Under the pieces are notes generated by a model, which was not told the origin of the DNA, did not search any database, and saw only the letters and a list, made by a program, of their open reading frames with translations. The translations under genes were made by a program, and so were the position numbers. Shown here piece by piece: positions 23,992 to 34,040 of a DNA stretch of 64,000 bases (position 1 is its first letter; every line of letters starts with the position of its first letter). The DNA comes from Antedon mediterranea (Eukaryota; Animalia; Echinodermata): positions 18,290,001 to 18,354,000 of the forward strand of contig NC_092671.1 in the NCBI RefSeq assembly GCF_964355755.1, read 5' to 3'.

Positions 23992-26900
23992 TCAGTAACT
24001 TGTTGCATTATACAAACGTTTTATGAATCGTTTTGGCGATCCACTTATCGGTATCTGTTTATCATTAATGATCTCTTTAATCAATTTATCTGTATCGTTA
24101 TATCTGTCAATATTCCACCAAAATTTGCGATCATTAGATTCGTGTTTTGTTTTATCGGTGTTGCGTTTAGCTGAAGTCGGTTTAGAATACGAAACTAAAA
24201 CTTGGAAATGTCCTGCTTTAAATCTACCTCGGTTTAATGTCATATTTGAATCATTAGGTGCTGTCATAATTAGATTAGTTTGTTCCTTGATTTGTTCTTC
24301 TTTCATATGGAATGGGGCTGCTAATCCCATGTTATTCTCTACACAGTCAATGTAAGGTTGCAAGTTAAGGGGTTCTACTTTAGTTGGATGTGTAAGGGTA
24401 TCTGATTGCAATTGGGCGGGTGTCCTATCATGTTCGTCTACAAATTCAACATTGATTTCGTCATTTACTACATTAATGGTGTTTTGGATTTTATCGTTAT
24501 TATCATCGGTGGGTTCATTCAACAATTGTTTAAGTTTTTGGAGATGTGTAAAATTTTTGCGTTCTTTAGGTGTTCTCATAAAACAAGGTTTCAGTCTGTT
24601 ATAATTGAATACGTCGCGAAGTATTTCTCCTTTAATCGTTGCTAGGATGTAGTGTGTTCTGTCTAGTACTTCATGAATCACTAATGGTCCGACCCATTCT
24701 GCGGCGATTTTCTTTGAATTTGCCGTTAGTGATGATGATGTTGGCTTGTATAAATATACGAGTTGTCCTACTGAGTAAATTGGACTTTTTTCTAAGCGTT
24801 GGGAAATCTTTGAGTTTTGGACGTTTTGTTGTGTTCGCTGTAATTGTAGCATTGTCTGTGAAATGTTTTGAAATTTCTTCTTGAGATGTTCAAAGTATTC
24901 TTCATAGGAATGAGACAATCCTGAAATAGGGTTAAATGCTAATGAGGTCAAACTTGGAGGTTGGCGGCCAAAAACTAATTCGTAAGGGGAGTGGTTTCCT
25001 AGATGTGGGGATGAAAACGAGTTATAGGCATAACATGTTGTTGATACAAATCTAACCCAATCTGTTCCGAATTGGTTAAGGTTGACCTTTAACAGGTCCG
25101 ATACGGTGCGGATATGACGTTCAACTTGTAAACTACCGTGATTGTGGACGCTGATGATTTTCCTATCAATATTAAGGGTGTTACATAATAGTGTTAATAA
25201 TTTTCCTGTAAGGGAGGTTGCTGCATCTGAAATAAGACGAGATGGGGGTCCAAAAATACTGATGACCTTTTGAATTAGTGCTTCACAAATTGTTTCGGCA
25301 TCAATGGATTTCAAAGGTACACAAATCAAAAATCTAGTTATCTCATCACATACTACCATAATATGTTTAAAACCTGAAGGTGATGTTGGCATACTCTTAA
25401 AATCTAGACTGAGTGTATGAAAGGGACGGTAAGTTGCTGGTACTCGATCGTGTAAAGGACGTAATTTATCGGTTTTGGGACGAAATTGTTGACATCTAAG
25501 ACACGCTTGGGTATAATTGTTGACTTTCTCGAACATAAGAGGCATGTAAAATAATTTCCTAATAGTAAGGTAAGTACGCATCGTACCTTGGTGGCTACTT
25601 AACAAATTGTCGTGATACTGAGAAATAACAGTCTCTGCTAAGTTTTCAGGAACAGCTAATTGCAATACAAATTCTCCACCTTTATCTTGGAAAAATAAAC
25701 GGAATAGTAAACCGTTGCACAATATGTACTGCTCTGACTTATTCTGAACTGCACGAGCTGCTTTCTTATCAGCTGGAAGGATATCATGAACTAAATAATC
25801 GTAAACTGGCTTAAAAAATGGTGAAGTTTCTTGTTCAACACGTAATTGTTTAACATCTATTGGGAGGTTATAATCTCTAATTATCTTTCTTTGAATAACA
25901 TCCATTAATCTATCTAAGTCTTGTTGTTTTGGGATGTGTGCTGACTTAAATTCAGTTATGTTTGGTACTAGTGGTTTGGGCGATGTATACAATTCAACTG
26001 GTACGTTTCGATGTGTAGTATCTTTGCTTTGCTTGTTTTTGTCTACTAGTCGTTCCTCTGGAGGTTGTCGAATGTTTACATTACGTATTGGGGGTGGTGT
26101 TACGATAGGTGGCGTTATGATAGGCGGTGATCGATGTGCGTTTGTTTGTTGTCTCGTGATTATCTGTGGTGTAGCGGTAGGTTGAGGTGTAGGTCGCGTG
26201 TTTGTTGTCACTGGGTTTTGATTAATGACGGGCGTTTGTACTGGTTTGGGTTTATGTAGGTCAGGTATATTTATTCCCATTTTCTTGGCGTATGACCTTG
26301 TTACTGGTCTGCTAGTAGATGTGTTTGTAATCGGGTTAAGAGATTCAGTCTCTGTAATATTAAATGCAATGGGTACAACTTGATCAATTTCGGAATCGTC
26401 ATCACGAGGGGCTCGGGAGAGAAAATCCGCTAAAACTAATTCAGTTCCTTTCTTATAACCAATTTGGAAAATGTATCCGGACAATCGTAATATTAGTTTC
26501 TGTAAACGGGGTGTACATGGCTGATCTTTTGAATTCCAAATTTGTACAATTGCTGAGTGGTCTACGAATGCATCAAATTCGCAACCCTTTAGTAAATGTC
26601 GAAATGCTGAAACGTTAATGTAAAGTCCAAATAACTCTAATTCTGTGACGCTATATCGTTGACAGGCTTGTGGTAAGATTTTGGAATAATAACCTATTAT
26701 GTGTTCTTTATCGTTTACTGTTTGTGTTAAATATGAACCTGTTGCGGTTCTTGAAGTGTCGCTATATAGCGTAAATCTACCTTCTTTTCTAGGCATTTGA
26801 AGAGTTGGTGGTTTAACCATTAATTGTTTAATTTCGTCAAATGCTTTCTGGTGTTCAGTAGACCAACAAAATTTTCGGCGTTTGCTTGCGAGTGTGTGTA

Positions 26901-28710
26901 ACGGACGTAAAATTGATTGTATTTGAGGGGAAAAATGGGATACATAATTTACTGCACCAATAAATCGTTTAGTTTCTTTATGGGTTCGTGGGACTGGCAA
27001 ATTTCGGATAGCTGCACACCTGTCGCCTAATGGTGTGATACATGCGTGTCCTGAAGAATTAATCAGGATGGTGTGTCCCATATATTGCACTTTATTCTTG
27101 AATAACTTACATTTCTTTGGACAAATTCTAAAACCATTTAATTGTAGGGCTTGTAAAACGGAAACAAGGTGCTGCTTATGAGCAAATTTGTCTTTGCTAA
27201 ATAAAATAATATCATCGTGATGGGCGATACAGAATTCTCTAGAATTTGGGATTTCATTTAAAATTTCGTCAATCTTTGCTTGAAATATACCTGGCGAAAC
27301 GTTTAGTCCTTGTGCTAATCTCTTATAATAATAATGTTTTCCACCATGATATGAAGCTATACCTGTGTATTGTTGGGCATGTTCGGCTAATGGTACACAG
27401 TGGAACGCTGATTTCAAATCAATTACGCTAAGAATCTGTGCATTAGCGTTACCTATTGTTTTCAGAGTTTCGGCTAATAATGGGAATGGGTGATTAATAC
27501 GTTTTATCCTGGAATTTAGATAGCGAAAGTCTGTGACAACTCTTTTATCTTTTGAATTTTTCTTTGAAACAAGAAGGACAGGGGAAGTATACGATTGGTG
27601 TCCTACTGCTAAGATTCCTAATTTGACTAATTTGTTCAATTCGGCCTCAATAACATGTTTGTCTTTGTCTGTCGCGAAGTATGGGCGAATAAAAAATGGT
27701 TCATCGTTAGAGAGGTGTATGTCAGCTTTGAAGTTTGGGCAGCTAGATAGTTCACCATATAGTGAAAATGCGTTTCTGTTTTGTTGTAATGTTTTATACA
27801 AATCTTCTTTTTCTCTATGTGTTAAAACGCTGTCTTTTAAATCAACATGTTTTCTAATTATTTCTTCCTCGGTTAAAGTTAGCAATGGGTCTGTACGTTC
27901 TAAATGTGGGTACTTGTTTGCGTTGTCATTGGTCAACTTTATTCTATCAATTGGTAGGTCATTAGTAACTGTTACAAGGTTGGTTAAGTGAAGGCTCGCG
28001 ATAGGTTGATGTGTATTTAGAGATACGTTTCTGTTTGTGTTGTTAGTGATATCAATGTTGGTTTCTCCTCTATGTAATTTTACTAACATATCTGATGGAC
28101 AAAGTTTTGAAATATGGGTGGTTGCATGTAGAACAACATCGGAATTGCGTACAAAGGCGGGAACCCTTCCTTTTAATTTAACTGTTTTAGTATCACCGGG
28201 TTTAAGAAAAATCTTGTGTACTGGACGAAAGCTAAAAATCTTTGGTCTAATGCGAAATGTGTTTTCCTTAAAATTTAAAGTACCGTCGAGTTCAGACAAT
28301 GTTTCGGTTCCAAGTATCAGGTCAATACCTGTCAAATTTTTAACGATTAATGCTGAAATTTTAAATTTGTGTCCTTGGATAAATAATTCGAATTGCACTA
28401 AGTGGTTGGCATATAAGAAGTCACCGTTACCTAATCGAAATTTAGTTGTGTTCACTTTAACTGGCTTTAAACGCGATAAATAAAGTGAGGAATTAACGTA
28501 TGATTGTGAGATTATAGTTCTAATTGAACCACTGTCAAATAAAGTTAAAACATTTCTACCATCTGGTAAATTTCCTTTAACGTAATTTCTGTCGTTAAGT
28601 AACAAATCAATATTATCTGAATTCCCTAAGTATTTTGCCTTAAAATTGTCGTATTTAGTATGGGGGGCCAGATTATAGGCGGCATCTAGTCCCCTTTTTA
28701 AAAATCCTGC
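23992..28710 (-). CDS. pol: Pol polyprotein (protease, RT, RNase H, integrase) in the -1 frame relative to gag
   Basis: LFDSGS protease; DLKSAF...LAQGL..SP..F...HHDD RT; SDTS...ELELFG...VDH...ADFLSR RNase H; H-H-C-C plus LDF...SD...VER integrase. The frame stays open upstream of 28605 to the gag stop. Confidence 0.96.
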   Translation of the reverse strand, partial: AGFLKRGLDAAYNLAPHTKYDNFKAKYLGNSDNIDLLLNDRNYVKGNLPDGRNVLTLFDSGSIRTIISQSYVNSSLYLSRLKPVKVNTTKFRLGNGDFLYANHLVQFELFIQGHKFKISALIVKNLTGIDLILGTETLSELDGTLNFKENTFRIRPKIFSFRPVHKIFLKPGDTKTVKLKGRVPAFVRNSDVVLHATTHISKLCPSDMLVKLHRGETNIDITNNTNRNVSLNTHQPIASLHLTNLVTVTNDLPIDRIKLTNDNANKYPHLERTDPLLTLTEEEIIRKHVDLKDSVLTHREKEDLYKTLQQNRNAFSLYGELSSCPNFKADIHLSNDEPFFIRPYFATDKDKHVIEAELNKLVKLGILAVGHQSYTSPVLLVSKKNSKDKRVVTDFRYLNSRIKRINHPFPLLAETLKTIGNANAQILSVIDLKSAFHCVPLAEHAQQYTGIASYHGGKHYYYKRLAQGLNVSPGIFQAKIDEILNEIPNSREFCIAHHDDIILFSKDKFAHKQHLVSVLQALQLNGFRICPKKCKLFKNKVQYMGHTILINSSGHACITPLGDRCAAIRNLPVPRTHKETKRFIGAVNYVSHFSPQIQSILRPLHTLASKRRKFCWSTEHQKAFDEIKQLMVKPPTLQMPRKEGRFTLYSDTSRTATGSYLTQTVNDKEHIIGYYSKILPQACQRYSVTELELFGLYINVSAFRHLLKGCEFDAFVDHSAIVQIWNSKDQPCTPRLQKLILRLSGYIFQIGYKKGTELVLADFLSRAPRDDDSEIDQVVPIAFNITETESLNPITNTSTSRPVTRSYAKKMGINIPDLHKPKPVQTPVINQNPVTTNTRPTPQPTATPQIITRQQTNAHRSPPIITPPIVTPPPIRNVNIRQPPEERLVDKNKQSKDTTHRNVPVELYTSPKPLVPNITEFKSAHIPKQQDLDRLMDVIQRKIIRDYNLPIDVKQLRVEQETSPFFKPVYDYLVHDILPADKKAARAVQNKSEQYILCNGLLFRLFFQDKGGEFVLQLAVPENLAETVISQYHDNLLSSHQGTMRTYLTIRKLFYMPLMFEKVNNYTQACLRCQQFRPKTDKLRPLHDRVPATYRPFHTLSLDFKSMPTSPSGFKHIMVVCDEITRFLICVPLKSIDAETICEALIQKVISIFGPPSRLISDAATSLTGKLLTLLCNTLNIDRKIISVHNHGSLQVERHIRTVSDLLKVNLNQFGTDWVRFVSTTCYAYNSFSSPHLGNHSPYELVFGRQPPSLTSLAFNPISGLSHSYEEYFEHLKKKFQNISQTMLQLQRTQQNVQNSKISQRLEKSPIYSVGQLVYLYKPTSSSLTANSKKIAAEWVGPLVIHEVLDRTHYILATIKGEILRDVFNYNRLKPCFMRTPKERKNFTHLQKLKQLLNEPTDDNNDKIQNTINVVNDEINVEFVDEHDRTPAQLQSDTLTHPTKVEPLNLQPYIDCVENNMGLAAPFHMKEEQIKEQTNLIMTAPNDSNMTLNRGRFKAGHFQVLVSYSKPTSAKRNTDKTKHESNDRKFWWNIDRYNDTDKLIKEIINDKQIPISGSPKRFIKRLYNATSY
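28662..28707 (-). promoter_or_regulatory. Predicted -1 ribosomal frameshift signal
   Basis: G GAU UUU UAA at the gag stop, followed by the stem-loop GGGGACUAGA...UCUGGCCCC. Pol is in the -1 frame. Confidence 0.75.
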
Positions 28711-29663
28711 TGGTGGCTAGGGTAGTAATTGTTTGACTGTTGGTATGGGTATGGCGGGGGATAGTTTCCGTAAGAGCGGTTTTGTTGTCGGCAGTGCCTT
28801 GCTATGTGGCCTGGTTTCCCGCAGTAATAACAGGTTGGGGGAGGTTGTCTATATCTTGGGGTCGGTGGGGTCTGGAATCGGGGTTTGTATGGGCTTGGGC
28901 TTCGGTTTCGTCTTGGGATATAATTTCGGGTGGGGGAACGTGAGCGTCGAGTATCATCATTAAGGGATCGTTTTGTTGTGGCCATGTCTAACTTGAGAGA
29001 ATTTATCTCATGTTGGAGCGATTCGAGACTATTAGGCCTATCTGTTTCCTTATTGATATTGAATGAAACTTCCCGTGTGGCATCATCTACGGAAAGGTCA
29101 AGGTAATTTTGTGTGCTATTTACAATATTTTCAATAGTGGCATCGATTGGGGTGGACATGGCTACAGCTGCTCTACATTTTGGTGGAAGGGTCGAAATAA
29201 ATTTATTCTTTATCTGCTGGTCAGCGTATCCAATTCTGTCTGCGGCTTGTTTGATTTTGGTTAAGTGCTTTTCGGCGTTGTCGCCAGTGGTGTATGTAAT
29301 TGAATCGTATTCTCTTATGTGCGCATAGATTGATTTGTTTTTACTAAACCTGTTGATGAATTGGGTTTTTAAGGATTCTAGTGAATCGAACTGCTTTCCC
29401 TCAATCCAGAGTCTAGCTTGGCCCTGAAGGCTACGTTTAAAAATACTTATTACACTAATTAATTGGGCATTGTTTACAGGGTTTTCTAACGTGTGGGCCT
29501 CAAGGTAGTCGGTAAACGATAAGTAATGTGCACTACATTGGTCGTGATCGGTTATGGAACCGTCATATCTTTTGGGAAGGAAATCGGTTTGTCTTAGGTG
29601 GGGCACGGGGTGAGGATTGACGGGCTCATTTAAAATTACTTCGTTATCAACAACGTCGACCAT
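28698..29663 (-). CDS. gag: Gag with CCHC zinc knuckle
   Basis: 321-aa ORF with capsid-like SLQGQARLW and CYYCGKPGHIARHC. Confidence 0.93.
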   Translation of the reverse strand: MVDVVDNEVILNEPVNPHPVPHLRQTDFLPKRYDGSITDHDQCSAHYLSFTDYLEAHTLENPVNNAQLISVISIFKRSLQGQARLWIEGKQFDSLESLKTQFINRFSKNKSIYAHIREYDSITYTTGDNAEKHLTKIKQAADRIGYADQQIKNKFISTLPPKCRAAVAMSTPIDATIENIVNSTQNYLDLSVDDATREVSFNINKETDRPNSLESLQHEINSLKLDMATTKRSLNDDTRRSRSPTRNYIPRRNRSPSPYKPRFQTPPTPRYRQPPPTCYYCGKPGHIARHCRQQNRSYGNYPPPYPYQQSNNYYPSHQQDF

Positions 29664-30377
29664 ACTTTATAATATTAATTATTAATCAAATATCAAAAAC
29701 AATTTAGTGTATATATATATATGTAAACTCTCACTTTTTCAATCAAGGTTACAAATCAAAATCAAAATGGTTTTGACTTACCCCAAATGCTTCGGATCCA
29801 ATTAAAAATGAATTAAAGGAATGCAAAAAGTGTTCAAAAATGTCTAAATGTTCAAACAACGAATTAAAGAAATGTTAAAGGTGCTCATCAATGTTCAAAT
29901 TTTCAAACAACGAATTAAAAAAAATGCGAAAGGTGTTCATCTATTTTCAAAAAAAGTAAATGTTAAAAAAACGATTGAAAAAAACGGCGTGAAGTTGAAA
30001 GTCTCTAAACGAAACAGTTCTTGTCCGCTTGCTTCTGTTTTGATTCTTCTTGGGTCTTCCTCGATTATCTTCTTTGTCTTTATCCAATGGTTATAATTTC
30101 ATAAAATTTCTGCTTGTCTCGATTTCATTCAAATATATAATTTCAGCTTGTCTTTTGTGTCTTCCTCGATTATCTTCTTTGTCTTCATCCAATGGTAATA
30201 ATTTGATAAAATTTCTGCTTGTCTCGATCTCATTCAAATATAATTTCAGCTTGTCTTTTGAGTCAAAGTAAATTTCTCTCCTTTCAAACAAATGTGGTTA
30301 TTTTTGTCTTTGTCTTCGTCTTCGTGTCTTGTTAAGTGTTTATTTCTTGTTTTCTCACTCCGTTCCTTATGAAATTT

Positions 30378-30390
30378 GGGTCTTCCACCA
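30378..30390 (-). promoter_or_regulatory. Primer-binding site TGGTGGAAGACCC
   Basis: Starts with TGG immediately after the LTR-terminal CA and is complementary to a tRNA 3' CCA end. The primer tRNA is not identified. Confidence 0.85.
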
Positions 30391-30987
30391 TGTAATATAA
30401 TGTTTGGGTTGTTGAGGTACTAATGAAAGACTCTGACTCGCTTGACTGTCGTAACACATATATTATTTATTCAGTATAATACTTCAGTACAATATACAAC
30501 TATAAGTATAGATAAGGAACGGACAATCAATGATGCTGTCAGTGAGGTGTGAAGTGTGTAGGTCTGCTGTGAGGTGTGTGCTCCGTGAGGTGGCTGTAAG
30601 GTGTGTCTGGGCCCTTCTGAAACTTGGGAGTATATTGGCTCAGTTCATTTGCATAATGTCATTACATCATCTGTGAGGGTAACGATTGGTCCTAAGTTGA
30701 TCCAGGGGTGTTTAAGTGGGAGTGATTAACGGTATAATAAGGTATTTCTGTGATGGATGACACTGTCAAATCTGTACTTAAATAGTGTCGATCACTCCTG
30801 GTTTAACGATGGGAAAGTCACAAAATTAAGCTAAGTGTTTTCTTTAGGGATTCTATTATAAACTAAATGGTCATTAAAACATCTGGACAAACTCTCCTTT
30901 GGACTTTCTGGGTCAAGTTTGTGAACCTATTTGAATTCCGATACAAAGGTCAATTTCTTAAATATAAAAGTATATCCTTATATCACA
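30391..30987 (-). repeat. Full LTR preceding the PBS (597 bp)
   Basis: Matches 22490-23085 by eye except near one end (tgtttgggtt versus tgttgcgtt). Confidence 0.95.
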
Positions 30988-32144
30988 TCCCTCTGTTTCC
31001 CTTTTTTTTTTTTCTAATCTATTTAACATATAAAAATGGTTATAATAGTGGCATGCAAAATTAAAGTTATATAAAAGAAAAAAAAACATTATTATACATA
31101 TAAGCAAAAATTGAGTTAGCCAAAACCATTGACTCTGAAGTGTAACCTTATCACTTTCACTCTCTCTCTTCTCTCTCTTAAAAAAAATGAAATTAAAAAT
31201 GAATTTGGTATAAAATTCGCGTAAATCAAACATAAATCAGTTAAAAATAAAAATACAAAACTTAAAAAAATAGTATGTTACATTGAACATACATCAAATT
31301 CGTGCGACAACTTATCGCGTTCTAATGGTCTTCAAACATAAATCATCAAATTAAAACATAAAACTCAAGAAACTGTGGCTGATTAGCCTAAAATCAAATA
31401 TCAAACTTAATCACTTAAAACTTTAAAGAAACAAATGTGTGTGTCCCGTTGACACAAACTTATCCACAATATATCGTTATCGTGTGTTTTCTTTAGGGAT
31501 TCTATTATAAACTAAATGGTCATTAAAACATCTGGACAAACTCTCCTTTGGACTTTCTGGGTCAAGTTTGTGAACCTATTTGAATTCCGATACAAAGGTC
31601 AATTTCTTAAATATAAAAGTATATCCTTATATCACAGTATAACAATCTCCATCATTCGGTGAGTTCTGAATACTTCAGACCAACGTTTTAGCGTTTTCTT
31701 GTTATAGAAATAGGAGACACTCTATCAAGCATATATAATTCACATTTTGAAAAGAGTTCATTTGCCAGTCATTGTGTTTGTATTTAGGCCTATATTATGA
31801 TTTGAAGGGTGTTTTATTTCTGCATGAATGAACAAGCAGTACATCTTTTGAATGTATTGTTTGGCATTACCTTCATCTCAAATAAATTACGCGTCTCTAA
31901 ATTATAGTATATTTGTGTAAAATTGGTCATAAACCTATTTCAAATTCTGTTAATTAACTTGAACCATAAAGTACGTTAATAAGTTATATTCATATTTTAT
32001 GTCGACATGACAAGATGAAAGTCGCGAAGTGAATGGCACCACCAGGGAAGAGTTAAATTACTGTAATTTAACTCTTCCCAGATGGCACTTAGAAGTTTCC
32101 GTAATAAAGTGCAATGTAACAGAATAGTATTCTATGACTCGAAA

Positions 32145-32532
32145 AGCAAATTACTGAAAAAAGACAATCAATGCTGTGGGTATCAGTGGCTGAGTTTCAA
32201 CGGAGATACAAAATAAAATCAGTACTGAAAAAAAAGACAATGCTGTGGGTATCAGTGGCTGGATCTCAATAGAGATACAAAATAAAATAAGCACTAAAAA
32301 AATAACAATGATGTAGAAATCAGTGACAGGATCTGAATGGAGATACAAATTAAATAAGCACTGAAAAAAATGACAATGCTTTGGGTATCAGTAGCTGAAT
32401 ATCAAAATGGAGATACAAAATAAAATAAGCACTGAAAAAATGACAATGCTGTGGGTATCAGTGGTTGAATTTCAATGGAGATACAAAATAAAATAGGCTA
32501 AAAAAAAAAGCTAAATCAAAACGGCCAGAAAT
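32145..32532 (-). repeat. About 60-65-bp tandem array (5-6 units) derived from the Penelope pLTR tail
   Basis: Unit actgaaaaaatgacaatgctgtgggtatcagtggctggatctcaatggagatacaaaataaaataagc matches 773-830. Confidence 0.85.
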
Positions 32533-32538
32533 ATAAAC

Positions 32539-32745
32539 TACGCAAGGTACACGTCCGGAGAACGCAAGGTGCCCGTCCGGTGTACGCAAGGTACCCGTCC
32601 GGTGTACGCAAGGTACACGTCCGGAGTACGCAAGGTACACGTCCGGTGTACGCAAGGTACACGTCCGGAGAACGCAAGGTACACGTCCGGTGTACGCAAG
32701 GTACACGTCCGGAGTACGCAAGGTACACGTCCGGTGTACGCAAGG
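32539..32745. repeat. 22-bp minisatellite (ACGCAAGGTACACGTCCGGTGT)n, about 9 copies
   Basis: Directly visible. Confidence 0.95.
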
Positions 32746-32871
32746 AGAGATGATCGATTATTAAAAGCGGTCCCTTATCAGAGATGGTTGCTTACGATGT
32801 GTGGTCGCTTACGATGTGTGGTCGTTTTAGAAAGTTGGTTGCTTACGAGAGGTGGAAATACTGATAACTAA

Positions 32872-33056
32872 TAAAGCGTGGTTCCCACTAGCGACGCAAC
32901 GCAAGGACGTAACGCAACGCAAGTGAATTTACCAATCACAAGCGATGGCTTATTCGGTTTTGATTGCCAACTGTCTATAACTTCGCTTGTCATTGGTTAA
33001 AACGCTTGCGTTGCGTTTACGTCCTTGCGTTACGTTCTAGTGGGAACCAAGCTTTA
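32872..33056. mobile_element. Palindromic MITE (TIR AGCTTGGTTCCCACTAG...ACGCAACGCAAG); related copies at 35145-35282 and 18570-18623
   Basis: Long terminal inverted repeats flanked by TAA/TTA. Confidence 0.8.
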
Positions 33057-34040
33057 GTAAAGATCGATGCATTTGCTCATGATTTAGACATTTTTGTAAA
33101 ATATATAACATTTTCTACATCAGCTGGTGATAGTAACTACATAAGATGGGAGGCAATTTTCGTTACTACATACTGTTGACCGTTTCTACATTAGCGGGTG
33201 TTGATTTTTATTTACTACATAAGCTGTTGGTTTTTCTACATAAGCTGGAGGTTTTACTACATAAGCGGTGGATTGTTCTACATTAATATAACGGTTGTTT
33301 CGACATTAGCTGGCGTTTTCTAAATTAACGGTTGTAACAGCTTCGTTGTTTTGAATTTCTATACCCAGTATTTTTTCAACTTTCAAGAATAACGAAAAAA
33401 TACCTTTGCAGTTTCAGTTTATTTAGAATATTCGATATAAATATAATAATACCACACAAATATTACAGTAAACAAGTAAAATACTATTTAGATTATGTCT
33501 ACTTTTTATAATTTTATATAAATTTACATTTAAATAATTTACTAAATAATAACTAGCATGTATCCTGTAGAAACGTATATATTTAAATTATTTGCCGCAT
33601 TTTCAAGATTGCACGTTTTTTTTTTTTATTTAAAAATATTTAATTCTCGGATATAATACACCTAAATAAAAATAATTTATATCTGGTTTATTCATATAAA
33701 AAATATTCAATGAATTCTGCGATATAATACACCATATATAAAGATTACTGAATGTTATTTATTTTATTTTCTATTTATCAAAAAACCAAGTGTATTCAGA
33801 TTACACACTTAAAATGAAGACAGATATAATTTATATATATAGTTTATATAATAATTTAAAAAAAATGTAATAATTTTTTAATAGTATCAAAAACGTCATT
33901 ACAGGTTATCTAATACACTATTTTCTAATATAATTATTATACAAACACCTCTAAACAATTAAAATAACTGCTAATAATTAAACATTGGTTTATAAAGACT
34001 ATATGACATTATTTATTATAATGTATTAATATTATTTAGT

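Larger units (their letters stand above)
22490..31636 (-). mobile_element. Gypsy/Ty3 LTR retrotransposon, apparently intact and very recent
   Basis: TG...CA termini, 4-bp TSD GTAT (22486-22489 and 31637-31640), near-identical LTRs, PBS, PPT, and open gag and pol (PR-RT-RH-IN). Confidence 0.97.

Noticed and set aside
24023-28483. Plus-strand ORFs inside pol, and similar antisense ORFs in the LINEs and the PLE
   Set aside because: Antisense shadows of coding sequence with no motifs.
32145-32745. Regular arrays as a possible CRISPR
   Set aside because: Head-to-tail repeats without unique spacers, no cas genes, and a eukaryotic context.
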